Origin: Octopus vulgaris
Lineage: Eukaryota
Assembly (NCBI GenBank): GCA_951406725.2
Contig: OX597831.1
Coordinates: 63,426,001-63,490,000 of the forward strand
DNA: 64,000 nucleotides
Direction of reading: 5' to 3'
The notes below the pieces were generated by a model. That model saw nothing but the letters and a program-made list of their open reading frames with translations, was not told where the DNA came from and did no database searches. Below are positions 25,017-37,794 of this stretch, one piece after another. Numbering within the stretch: position 1 is the first letter of the stretch; each line of letters begins with the position of its first letter. Made by a program: the position numbers and the translations under genes.

Positions 25017-25752
25017 GGAATGCCTACAAATTACTAATATATTGAAGTGAAAATTAGACAGGCAAAATGAATCATCTGTTCATTATCAGCATTATATGAA
25101 CAGATAGGAAACACCCCAATTATATAAAAATACCTTTCTCTCTCTTGCACAGCCTATCTTTAATTCAAAACATTAGTCACCTATTAATCACAACCGTTCT
25201 TGGCTTTTCTTTTTGATATTATTCTACCGCAGAACGAATTAAACTTTTTTTTTTTTAATCGTCATAAATTCGCCCTTGGGAAGTGTCCTCTTTCCTTACT
25301 TTTCACTGTATAACTAACTGAATTCTTAGGACTTAATTCAAATAATAGTAACGCATGACCTCTTTCCCCTAACTTCCTCAGTGACTCTTCCCGCAAACCT
25401 TCCATGAGTGCTCTCACGGTTTCTATCTTCCCATTGTGTAACGCACACACAAGTTAAATGGAACAAGAAATCTTCTATGTAAATAAAATATAACAATGAT
25501 ATAGAATATTTACACAACACAAATATATCTTTTATGATACTCAATGATCAAGTTGTAGACAAACAAGCAAAAATATTTTATCTATTTTTTGAATTACCTT
25601 AATAACAAGAAAACACCCCCAAATTTGACCTCTCCGAATTATACACATCGTAATCACCTATCAATGACAAGTGTTTTCAAATTATGCCACCGTACACTCA
25701 ACCACATTTTTAATAACCATTCGTAAATTAGTTGTTATTAACTACTACCACC

Positions 25753-26056
25753 GTGGAGGCACATGGCCTAGTAGTTAGAGCAGCGGACTCACGGTCGAAG
25801 GATCGCGCGTTCGAATCTCAGACCGGGCGATGTGTGTGTGTTTATGAGCGAAACACCTAAGGTCCACACAGCTCCAGCAGAAAGTAATGGTGAAACTTCC
25901 GCTGACTCTTTCGCCAAAACTTTCTCTCACTCTTTCCTCCTGCATCTTGCAACTCACCTGCGATGGACCGGCGTCCCGTTCAGGTGGGGAACCTATACGC
26001 CAAGAAACCGGGAAACCGGCCCTTATGAGTCAGGCATGACTTGAGAAGGAACAAAC
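25753..26056 (+). mobile_element. tRNA-derived SINE family A
   Basis: GTGGAGGCACATGGCCTAGTAGTTAGAGC..GTTCGAATCTC..GAGAAGGAACAAAC. Confidence 0.95.
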
Positions 26057-26359
26057 CACCACCACCGTCCCCTTGGCCAAATAACCTATAGGACAATTTG
26101 TTTTCTTAAACTACGCACATTCACACAAAACTCACGACTTTAGTTTAGCGATAGACGTAGGAGCCAATGCCTTGATGAGTTTTGGTTAAAAGCAAAACAA
26201 GCAGTACGTTTGTAGCATTTGATTTTACACATAAATCTTTGTTTACTCTGCTAATGTTGGTTCGATTTTTAATTCTGTTTACGGCTATCTTGTTACTATA
26301 TTATATTCACTCCCCCTCTAACACACTCACATGCATACAGAATAACACGTGTATGTGTG

Positions 26360-26391
<32 letters not shown>

Positions 26392-26595
26392 TGTATGTAT
26401 GTATGTATGTATGTATGTATGTATGTATGTATGCATGTATGTATGTATGCATGTATGTGTGTATGTATGTATGTATGTATGTATGTATGTATGTATGCAT
26501 GTGGTTACTAATTCCGTCTATAATACTGTTCTTAAAATATTTCGTTTATGTTTTAACGATTTTAAAACATAAACCGAATATATATATGCATATAT

Positions 26596-26627
<32 letters not shown>

Positions 26628-26881
26628 TTCAAACGATGACTAGCTTTGCGTAAAACATTGGTTCGTTTTGTTCTCTTACTTTATTATCATCTTATAATCA
26701 TCTCATAATAATGACTTTTATGACACGTATTACTACCTCAGTCAATCTAAATGTATATATTTGTAGTTAGCCTTTTTCTATTTGCAATATGCATTTTCGT
26801 TGATCTTTCATATTTTACCCTTACATTTCCACGTGTATTTTATATTTTCTATTCGTAACATATTTCTACTTTATATATATA

Positions 26882-27297
26882 TATAGGTTCAGGTGTGGCT
26901 GTGTGGTAAGAAGCTTCTTTCCCAACCACATGATTCTCACTTTAGTCCCAAGGTGTCTTCTACTCTAGCCTCAGGCCGACCATGACTTATGAGTGGATTT
27001 GGCAGACTGAAACTATAAGCCCGTCGTACGTCGTATGTGTGTGTGAGTGTGTGTGTGCGCGCGCGCGCATGTGTGTGTCTTTGTTCTCCTCCACCGCTTG
27101 ATAACCGGAGTTGGTATGTTTACGCCCCCGTTAACAGCGGTTCGGCAAAAGTGGTCGATAGAATAAGTACCAAGCTGTAAAAACACTTACTAGGGTCGAT
27201 TCGTTCAACGAAAAATTCTTCACGGCGGTGCCCCAGCATGGTCGCAGTCTAATGACTGAAACAAGTAAAAAGTATTAAAAAAAATAAAAGATAAAAG
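26882..27297 (+). mobile_element. SINE family B, diverged
   Basis: Recognisable head, internal (TG)n and tail. Confidence 0.85.
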
Positions 27298-27783
27298 ACG
27301 TATATCCTTAATTATATGTTTAGAATCAATACCGACTCAGTTTGACAATCTAAGGCCTCCAAATAAATTTGTCTACCTTCCATGAACGTTCATGTTGTTC
27401 AGAGCCTACGAATGTCATCTTTTCCTACTATTTTTTTCCCTTAATCCTCAACATATTTCCCGATAGTTACCTATACCCTCATCTCCACACTTTGTCTCTC
27501 CATATCTTCTACACTCTTGCCATCTACTCTTCACTCCCTCCTCGAATTCTACCTTATTTGTGCGCGCATCTATTCATCCAACTGTCTTTCCGTAGATTTC
27601 AGCATTCTTACACCATATTTTATTCGCTTGATTCTTACGGTACTTTCTCTCACATCGTACAGTTCACAGCTCTTGATATTACTCATTTACTCCTTCGATT
27701 TTTAAATTTTCATTCTTCGTCCTAATTAATAAGACCACAAGTTTTTGCCAGTATGTGACAACACTATTTTCCTGAAGGATTAC

Positions 27784-27950
27784 GGTTAAGTTCACCGCCA
27801 TCAATTTTCGGTGAAGAAAGTTTACCAAGAAAATATACTCATAGTATCTCACCATTAATAGTTAAAAACTATTTTATTGGAGAAAAGCAAAAAGAGAATT
27901 GATGACGGTAAACTTTCCCTGCGGTGGAATGATGACGGCGAACTTACCTG
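27784..27950. mobile_element. Old small MITE-like element
   Basis: Imperfect inverted ends GGTTAAGTTCACCGCCATCA / TGATGACGGCGAACTTACC, plus an internal repeat of the same motif. Confidence 0.5.
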
Positions 27951-28079
27951 ACATGTTCCTAGGGTCGTACAATTTTTCTATTTGATATGGTTTTCCTGTA
28001 TATCTTCGATACGGGCGGATTGCTTGTCTTTCTCCGTTGATGATTAATTTGGTAACAAGATCTAAGGAACCTGGTGCAT

Positions 28080-28470
28080 CCAGTCACTACTCCTAGACAC
28101 CCCCTCTGCTGTCACATTTCGTGCAACTGTTGCTTTCTAACTTGCACAGTCTTAGATGATCAGGTGACCCCGACTGTAAAGGTTTGGGTTTTGTAACCAC
28201 TTCGGTATGAGACACCAGATGTATGCAGGGTAAGTTATGCCTTCTGGAATTCACTCCTTGTCTGGCCAGATCCAATTAGAATTCCTTCTGGTAGCTTTTG
28301 CCGTTGAAGAGTTCATTCCAAACCCTTACTACAAACGTCTCCGGTAGTACTGGAAAACCATAGATATATTGAAGTTGTCCACAGTCTCAGAACTATTTGG
28401 TTTGATCTTGGTCGACAAGTAGATTCTCTCGAAGTACGTCGTTGATCTTGCCAGCCTCTAACCCTTTATG
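28080..28470 (-). mobile_element. CR1/L2-like LINE 3' remnant
   Basis: Reverse strand FVVRVWNEL (cf. F..RV...WN.LP). Confidence 0.5.
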
Positions 28471-29138
28471 GAATTTAAAAATTAGAAATAATAATCGTTT
28501 ATGAAGTATCAACACGACAGAGGCAAGCACATACAGATTCTTTGCTAAATAGCTAAGTATATGGTTGATTTTGTTGGGTAAATATATACCGGTGTTGTTC
28601 CGTAAAAAACAGAATAAGGTGCTTATCTCTTATGTTTCACACGTTGGGTATGGAGCAGGCACTCTCGAGATTACTGGCCGGATAAGCTTGTTGAAGTTAG
28701 GTCAAGTCATAGTCTTCAAAATCATGTGAACATCAACGTGTATTTTCATTTGTAAATGAAAACGAATGTGAACCTACATAATTGACTGAATAGATTTGCA
28801 TAGATTTTCAAACAGAAAACAGCGAAGCATTGTTATCTTCAATTGTACGTGCTTTTAATAGGTGTTCTTAATTTTTTACACAGAGAAATCGTCCAAACCA
28901 GTTAAACGGCATCAATCCATCTTTATTAACACTGCATTTATTAAAAAGCACTGTATCTATATAATTACATATATACGATTATACGCACATAGTACAAATA
29001 TATTTACATAACTAGCTTCACAATTAATTACTTTCATACATTTCTGCCCTCTATTTAAATTTTAGGAACTCATTAGGTTTATCTACTACTTTGTCTATGT
29101 ACTTTAAATACATTCGCACGCGCGTGTGTGAGTGTGTT

Positions 29139-29197
<59 letters not shown>

Positions 29198-29208
29198 TAT
29201 ATACATAT

Positions 29209-29263
<55 letters not shown>

Positions 29264-29271
<8 letters not shown>

Positions 29272-29838
29272 CAACAATTGAGGGTAAAATTAATTAATTA
29301 TTAATCAATTTCACCAAGTATTCAGTATGTAAAGGGACCATTTTAGGCGAATTCAAAATATTACATTATATATAAGGGCTTAGTAAAATAAATTACTTTG
29401 CCACATACTGAACTCATTAGAAATAGCAGCTAAAGAAATTTCTTTAGCTATTTCTAATACTTAAAGAAGATCTCTCTCAGATAGTGTTTGCTCAAACCAA
29501 CTCACAAAGGTATGGGGGAAAAAACATTAAAAAATCAAGTGCAAAGGTTATTTGAGAACGTACGTTTCTAGATTAGTCAAATCGACATTTCTTTCGTCAG
29601 CTCAGAACTCCTTGATTCGGATTTGGGAACACTGAAAGTGGGAGCATACCCTTTTGGCTTCTTATCACCTCTAGAATTCTGCTCGAACTAAAAGTGCTTT
29701 CAAATTCAAAATATGCAAGCGAAGAATTTCTGCTCTCCCCTTTCCACCAGCGTGGGTTGAAATTGATAAACACTATGTTTTATCGGTGAAAACCGGAGCA
29801 TTAAACAGAGAGAAATGAATTATAATTTCAACAATTGA
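29264..29838 (-). mobile_element. 575-bp non-coding hammerhead element within (TA)n, bounded by 18-bp direct repeats
   Basis: TATAATTTCAACAATTGA at 29264-29281 and 29821-29838; internal hammerhead and several hairpins. Confidence 0.75.
29553..29604 (-). ncRNA. Type I hammerhead ribozyme, intact core
   Basis: Reverse strand TGAG-CTGACGA-AAGAAATGTCGATTTGACTAATCTA-GAAAC-GTAC-GTT-CTCA: stem I TGAG/CTCA, palindromic ACGTACGT stem III, GUU cleavage triplet. Confidence 0.8.
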
Positions 29839-29848
29839 AATATATATG

Positions 29849-29903
<55 letters not shown>

Positions 29904-29925
29904 ATGGATGTTTTGATATATATAT

Positions 29926-30013
29926 ACTCTTTTACTTGTTTCAGTCATTTGACTGTGGCCATGCTGGAGCACCGCCTTTAGTCGAGCAAATCGACCCCAC
30001 GACTTATTCTTTG
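29926..30013 (-). mobile_element. SINE family B, 3' tail fragment
   Basis: CTCTTTTACTTGTTTCAGTCATTTGACTG.. Confidence 0.9.
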
Positions 30014-30319
30014 TTGAGTCTGAGGCTGTGTGGGAAGATGAATGGAGGCATAACGTCGCCAATCACTAGTGACCACTCTAAAACACCAATATGTTGACTG
30101 GATATTCGATTTTTATCACTCTCGGAACATGTCTTCAGATTGCACTCTCCTCAGATTGACACCCAAACACTCTGAAATGTTCATATTGGAACTTCAGGCG
30201 TGAATGCCAAGCAGTACAACATGTTGCTTCCAAATTTCTGGTAGAGTGAATTGCATCATGGTGTTGTTTTTCTCACAGACGAGGCCCAACTGACCCTACT
30301 ATACTAATTAGTCGACAAA

Positions 30320-30391
30320 CTCAAAATCAAACAATATGCACGCACGAAATAAAAAATATAAAATGGTAACAATTTACCCATCGCACCCTGT
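30320..30391. mobile_element. Single Tc1/mariner-type terminus
   Basis: ..AATTTACCCATCGCACCCTG (reverse complement CAGGGTG...) next to TA repeats; no partner end seen. Confidence 0.45.
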
Positions 30392-31079
30392 GTATATAGA
30401 ATATATATATATATATATATATGCACACATATATATATATGTATGTATGTATGTATGCATCTATGTATTTAATTGAATAAGTACGGCAGTGGTTGTCTCC
30501 CCATTGCAAATTGTTAGAGAGAGAGAGAGTGTGTGTGTGTGTGTATGTATGTGTATGCGCGCGCGCACTTGCGTATTTGTGTGTGCGTGCGCGAACATGT
30601 TTGAGATGCATGTATAGGTGTGTGTGCGTAAGTATATACATTCTTGTATTTGTATATAAACCACGGGTGCGTGCATGTTTGTCTGGAAACATAAATGCTT
30701 TGCTTGCGTGCGTCTGTTTTTTTTTTTACTTTTTTGTTCGTGTATATATATATATATATTCATGTTTTTGATTTTTACATGTGCGAATGTGACAGATATA
30801 TGATTGTGTAGTTGCAGCAGCGTTGCAGGATGGGAGGGGGGTATGATTGGTAGTGTAGAAGGATGAGAGTAGAAGAGAACAACACGGTCATAAATGTGTG
30901 TATGTGTGCATGTGTGTGTGTGTGTGTACATATGTGTGCACACAGATGTTCGTATGTGTGTTGGTGGGTGTGCTTGAGCACACTGCTTTTATAGGGGAGA
31001 ATGTAAGAGTTTATAGGGGATGCAGAATGTTGTGGGGGTCGGTTTGCGGTTTGCGTAGGCATTGGTAGTTAGGAATCCA

Positions 31080-31330
31080 GTGGGACAGTCAGTGCTGAGG
31101 AGCAGCCAATGTCAAGATTGTATATCTGGGTTGTAGGCAGCCTGTGGTTTTAAGTTCACCAGGAGGGCGTACGTCTGGTGTCAATAATAATATATTTCCC
31201 GCGGGTTGATGGAGAAAGTGTCGTCTTTCACGGGGCTGGAGCTAGCAATTGTGGACGCTGGGTGAGTAAGGTGGGGACCATGTCGATGATGGTCCATTCA
31301 ATTTGGGGTTTTTATTTCAGTGGTCGTGGA
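31080..31330 (-). mobile_element. Possible Penelope-like GIY-YIG C-terminal remnant
   Basis: Reverse strand PQIEWTIID. Confidence 0.35.
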
Positions 31331-31559
31331 ATCTCCAGAGGAAATAAGACAAGAGGTAGAATTCTCTCTATTCGTGTATCTAAACAATACTCTCTTTACC
31401 CTACCCTTTTGCACATTCTGACATGAAATCATCCATCTTTATAAATTGTTTTCAAAACTTCTGTATTTTTTTATATCCTTGCCTTGATACATTTCGACAC
31501 CTTTGTTTTAAGCAACAATCTGCGACAATTATATGCATAGAAACAAATTTAGCTGCCAG

Positions 31560-32050
31560 ACGTTTATTGTTTACTGTTCACACACAAAGGGTCATGTAGG
31601 AAGACTCAACGGCAGCCATTGTAACGCCAGCTCTTTATCGCTGAATTCTAAAGACTTGCAGATTAGTGAGCAGGAGACCGTTCCACTTGATGCTCTTCAT
31701 TCTGTCAAATCTTTATTGTGCATTATATTCAATGTAACTCCTCTGGAGGCATGTTCACTCGACTCTCCCAAACTGTTTAAGCTGTCCTAATTACAACCCT
31801 CAATGAAGATATGATGCTGTTGCTAAAGAAAAACGTGTCTGACAAAACTCAACCCATATCATACGCATGTGAAGCTTCATCTCCAGCGAAGAATCGACAG
31901 TTCGCGTGCGATATCAGGCTCTCGTTGGTAGATCTGACGATAGTTTTTCAAGCTTCACAGAACGACAACTTCTCTCATCCAAGCCATCATTTGACTTTAA
32001 AAGATTGTCAAATCAACTGCTAGAGCACTGAAGGATCCAGTGGGGAACAT
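31560..32050 (+). mobile_element. Decayed Gypsy/Ty3 pol (RT connection/RNase H) remnant
   Basis: DSPKLFKL..LLL....KTQPISYACEASSPAKNR resembles LTR RNase H PIAYASR.L..AE..Y. Confidence 0.5.
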
Positions 32051-32090
32051 TCGAAATTGTCCAACGAATAGGTGAAGACTAAAATCACAG

Positions 32091-32500
32091 TAAAGATGCA
32101 TCCTTACAGCCGAATTCTAGCAAAGCAGATGTCCTTAAAGCCTAAGGGACCCTGAAGGTTAGTTCGGCTTCATCTTTGTATCGCACTGAAAAAACAGTCC
32201 CTCAACTAGCGGTTCGGCAGCTTAATCAAATTAACACGACCAATCGAATTTATTTAAAGAACTCATTCCTTTGTTTTTTGGTAAGAAGCACTTGTTGACT
32301 TTAATCAATAACAACCCTTTTGCGCGCTCTGACGTGAAATCTTTCACCTTTAGCAATTGTTTTCATAACGTCTGTACCTTTTTTAGCGCCCTTGCTTTTA
32401 TATGTATCTCGATAAAGATGCATCCTCACAACCAAACTCCAGCAAAGCGGATATCCGTAAAGCCTAAGGAACGTTGAAGGTTCGTTCGGCTTCATCTTTT
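32091..32500. repeat. ~88-bp degenerate direct repeat (32091-32178 and 32413-32500)
   Basis: TAAAGATGCATCCT..AAAGCCTAAGG..TGAAGGTT.GTTCGGCTTCATCTTT twice. Confidence 0.85.
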
Positions 32501-32873
32501 TACCCATCCATCATGAACTACTCGCTAAAATCTTCATTCATTTCTCCACATTATGAGACAATCATAGTTTATATTCTAGATATATTTCATCTTCTCCCGA
32601 GGCGGAATGCTATGTAATACATGCCGACTTCTTTTCCATTTATACTCGTTCATTCTGTTCCTCTCATTTTCTTTCAGTCAATGCTGACTTTCTTTACAGC
32701 AATACAAGCTTCTACAAAAGTTTCTTCTTAATAACATAGTGACTGCTGCTATAAAATTTAACTAATCCACGCAATTCAGCAGCAATGAAGAAAAATAAGG
32801 AAATTACGTATCTATAAGTTTCTACGAGTTTTAATTAAATGAATAACATGTCAAAAGGAAAATATAAAGAAGA

Positions 32874-33129
<256 letters not shown>

Positions 33130-33708
33130 CTGGAAGTGCTCAATTGAAAAACGTCAGCTTTGTAAGTGAAATTACAGTATACCGGGCACTCAGCCACTAA
33201 CTAGTTAAAAGCGACCCTAAGCAGTACACTCACACACACACACACACACATACACATACACGCACGCTCACATTCCTTCACACAACTCATTCATTCACTA
33301 ATTCACATATACACGCATATACAGAGTTTTATTTTAATTATAAGATTTGCGCATATGATTACCTAAAAATATGAGACGAAAGTCACCAGAATTCTTAGCA
33401 GATAAAAAAGATAAATTCATTAAATATTTCAGTTTTTACAAATTCAATTCATGAAATGTTAAAAAAAAAAAAAGTACGTGAAAAAGTTCACACCGAGTAC
33501 ACACTTGATATTCTCTTCCATATTGTTGTTAGTAGTTTCGTTTCTGTACAACAAAAGTATTTTCGTTGAAATCGAAAGTTTTTGGCTGTTTTTATCTAAA
33601 ACCGTTATGTGCACAGAACGAAGAAATAACAAAGCAGAGAAGACAGTAAGTTTCGTAAAATATTGAAAACTCAAAAACAATCCCCGAATGTTGATAAATA
33701 GTTTTGAG

Positions 33709-34144
33709 GGATCTTTTCGGTTTGAACGGCAGTTTTTAACATAATTTCTAGGTAACTAAAAAATTTTAAACTTCGTATACTGGTAGAATGTGTTTATAAA
33801 ACATCTTTTTCTCTTGGCTTTATTGAGAAAATTCCATAGTTTGTAAGATATTTGTTGTTGTTTTTTTTCTTCAATTTCTGCAATTTCAACCAATCAAATA
33901 CGTCTATTGAGGTAAAAAAAACATTCTGTGCCGTATGAATGTCCCTCGTTTAAGAAACAGATTGGATTTATTTACATTTCTGAAGAAAAAAAGGAACCCT
34001 TCCTCCCACCCCTAACCCTAACCCTAACTAACTCTAACCCTAAAACAGATTGAAATGCATTAGATCGATACTAGGGTCATAATTATGGGTGACAATTTCA
34101 CATGACACCGCTAGAAAAAACTGCCGTTCAAACCGAAAAGATCC
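33709..34144. mobile_element. GG-ended MITE with 8-bp TSD (Merlin-like), carrying (CCCTAA)n
   Basis: 28-bp TIR GGATCTTTTCGGTTTGAACGGCAGTTTT; TSD GTTTTGAG at 33701-33708 and 34145-34152. Confidence 0.9.
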
Positions 34145-34643
34145 GTTTTGAGTGTCCGATTGACTTCTTTCACTTTTTGCCCGTCTAAAACATTTCTAAA
34201 AGTCCATGCTTGTTTTCGTTTTTATTTGGCCTTCGTCTCATGCGTTCTAAGTAATATAAACTATCGTTTCATACGTTCCATGTTACTCCGCTGGCTGAAA
34301 TAAAGCTGGGAATATGAGTCATTTATGATGCATCGACGACAAGGAAATGTGTGACCTGCGTCACAGGTGATGGACGGGACAGGCAATGCGTTAATTAATT
34401 GCTTTTTAACAACCTATCTCTGAAGGCCTTAACTACAGGAGTGACTTCTGCCTCCTGGTATACATCAAGATGCCTTTCGTTTTTATATGCTGTTGCAGTT
34501 TAAACTTAGGTAGACCCCAACCGATCAGACCATAATGGAAACTCGTAGAATGCTACCTCATTGTTTTGTCATATCAATGTTTCTTTTTTAATGTACTGTA
34601 GTAGTAGTGGTGGTGGTGGTGGTGGTGGTAGTAGTAGTAGTAT

Positions 34644-34690
<47 letters not shown>

Positions 34691-34779
34691 CGGAGGTGGG
34701 TAGGTGAGTAGGTAGGTAGGTAGGTTTTCATAGATAGAGTGGGTAGCATTTCCCGCCGCCGATGGCATACCAAATGAAG

Positions 34780-35540
34780 TTGTAAATGCTGTCCGCACTA
34801 TCTATGTAGACTGCAAAATGTTTGTATGCACCCCTGACGGAGACACCGACACATTTGCAATTCTTCAAAGGGACACCTTAGCTCATTTCCTGTTCATTAA
34901 AATCCTAGACCATGTACTATAGCATGCTCTAGTGTCTGAACTAGGCATAGCTCTCCATGTCTGCCAAGGTTCACGTCATCCAGCATCGTGCCTCACTGAT
35001 CTCCACTTTGCAGATGACATCACACTCATCTCACATACACGCACAACTGCTCAGACTCCCCTCACAAATCTGGTGTCAACTGCCATTCATGATAGTCTTT
35101 CAATAAGCTGCTTGAAGGCAAAGACCATAATACTAGGAGAAAATGCTGGTGTGGGTTGTCTTAAACTTTCATTCGGGTCAGTAATTGATTTCTGCTACCT
35201 GGGCTTTTGTATTCGCTCGACTAGCACAGATGTTAACATTCGTAAAGCGATAACATGGTCAGCATCTGACAAGCTATGGAAAGTTTGGAAAGCACCACAA
35301 CTGTCACAGGACCTAAAGCAACGACTGTTTCTTGCTACATTCGAATCCGCTCTACAGCTTTGAATGGTTGTCTTTTACTGTGTGACCCAACAGTGATGAC
35401 TAGTTAGCACATACACTCGACCTGTGCACAAGGACTTTAACATTTCCTATGCCGACCATATATCAACCAAGTTACTTCATGGATCTTTATTATCTCTCAC
35501 CCTAACAGCTAAAACAGCCCGACTGACGTAACGCTTTTTT
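34780..35540 (+). mobile_element. RTE-clade LINE reverse transcriptase fragment
   Basis: TPDGDTDTF.ILQRDTLAHFLF..SRHPASCLTDLHFADDITL..DFCYLG..LWKVWK. Confidence 0.9.
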
Positions 35541-36268
35541 TTCTACGTAGACACGTTCAAAACTAGTGGTCAGGGCTACAAGAGGTGAACTTATGCGAGG
35601 TACAGGAGTGTGCAATAGGTAGATAACTAGGCTGGTTGGTAAGCAGGTAGATAGGTAGCTAGTTTGGCAGGTATGTATTTATGTATGTCATTATTCAGTT
35701 TTATTTCAAGGTTTCTTGCCAATAGAAAAATAGCCGGTTTCTAACGTAGATCCGAGGCGCCTTCTTTGGAATTTCAACAGTATCAACAGGGCGTTTTTGA
35801 TTGTTTGTTTGTATGTATGTATGTATGTATGTATGTATGTATGTATGTATGTATGTATGTATGTATGTATGTATGTATGTATGCTTGTGGGTAGGTAGGT
35901 AAGTAGGTAGGTAGGTAGGTAGTGGAAAGACAGTCAAGCAGGCACATAGGTAGGTAGGCAAGTAAGCAGGTATGTAGGTGGGTATTTAGGCAAATGGGTA
36001 GATACATAGGTAGGTAGATAGGTAAGTTGGAGAGTTGGCATGTAGGTAGGTAGGTTCGAAGGTAGGTATGTAGGTAGGTATGTAGGTAGGTAAGTAGGTA
36101 GGTAAGTAGAAAGGCATGCAGGTAGACAGGCAGTTGAGATGTAGCTAGAGAGCTAGGTGAATAGCTAGGTAGTTAGGTAGGGGGGCATAGATAATGAAGG
36201 TGCTTTTCTGGGTTTAGTGTAATACATATCACCTGACTACCAGTCTAGTGATATATATATTGCACTAT

Positions 36269-36689
36269 GAGGTCGACTTTGCCTTTCATCCTTTTGGGGT
36301 CGATAAATAAAGTACCAGTTTCGGCCATGCTGGAGCACCGCCTTTAGTCGAGCAAATCGACCCCGGAACTTATTCTTTATAAGCCCAATACTTATTCTAT
36401 CGGTCTCTTTTGCCGAACCGCTAAGTTACGGGGACGTAAACACACCAGCATCTGTTGTCAAGCAATGCTTGGGGGACAAACACAGACACACAAACATATA
36501 CACACACACTTATATATATATACATATATACGACAGGCTTCTTTCAGTTTCCGTCTACCAAATCTACTCACAAGACATTGGTTGGCCCGGGGCTATAGCA
36601 GAAGACACTTGCCCAAGATGCCACACAGTGGGACTGAACCCGGAACCATGTGGTTGCTTACCAAGCTACTTACCACACAGCCACTCCTA
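36269..36689. mobile_element. SINE C core (+, 36269-36321) fused tail-to-tail with SINE B (-, 36322-36689)
   Basis: ..AAAGTACCAGTT joins TCGGCCATGCTGGAGC..; both 3' tails are missing. Confidence 0.85.
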
Positions 36690-37361
36690 CCTACCTACCT
36701 ATATATATTGCACTAACTTTAGGTGTTGTTATCTAACATAACGAACAATGGCCCAAAATTCTGTGCGGTATGTATCAAAGACGATGATACCAACATTAAA
36801 CAGAGTAGAAACTAGTTTAATATAAACCTCTGAGAGGTTAAGTAATTGGCTATTGTCTAACCGTTTCATTTGCACCATATTCTACTCGATGAAGGTTTTA
36901 TGATGGATAAGCTATCGATTATCCTTATGTTAACGATTTACTGTCTTAATACGGAAGGCAAAATAACTTCGAAATAATGACTTCAACATTGAAGTTTAGT
37001 CACAACAAAACATCAGTTATTGTCAATGCTCTTCAAAATACAGCTCCTGGGTTGACTTGAACATAGTGTTTCACCAAATCAAAATACGTAATTGCATCCT
37101 AGCAAGGGAACTTCTATGTGGTCACACATCCTGCTAGAAATAGAAGTCAAACGTCCTCAAATATCTTATTGTCTTTAAATAATGGGATATGTTGGATTAC
37201 ATAGCCACGGCAGGATTGCTTTTGATCACAGCTATCTTCATTAAGTGTGCACCTAAAGCCAAAGCGCAATAACAACGTATATTGTATTTCTGGAAATCAG
37301 AATAAGGAACCGGTCAGAAATAACAACTAAGTCTCCCTAACCAAAAATTATAAATGATATC

Positions 37362-37545
37362 ATAGGCGTAGGAGTGGCTGTGTGGTAAGTAGCTTGTTTA
37401 CCAACCACATGGTTCCGGATTCAGTCCCACTGCGTGGCACCTTGGGTAAGTGTCTTCTACTATAGCCTCGGGTCGACCAAAGCCTTGTGAGTGGATTTGG
37501 TAGACGGAAAATGAAAGAAGCCCATCGTATATATGTATATATATA

Positions 37546-37597
<52 letters not shown>

Positions 37598-37794
37598 TTT
37601 CCCCAACATCGCTTCACAACCGATGCTGATGTGTTTACGTCCGCATAACTAAGCGGTTCGGCAAAAGCGACCGCTAGAATAAGTACTAGGCTTACAAATA
37701 ATAAGTCCTGGGGGTCGATTTGATCGACTAAAGGCGGTGCACCAGCATGGCCACAGTCAAATGACTGAAACAAGTGAAAGAGACTAAAGAGAGT
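37362..37794 (+). mobile_element. SINE family B, full length
   Basis: ATAGGCGTAGGAGTGGCTGTGTGG.. through GACTGAAACAAGTGAAAGAG. Confidence 0.95.

Noticed and set aside
25753-25830. tRNA gene
   Set aside because: The tRNA-like head continues into a SINE body found several times in the window.
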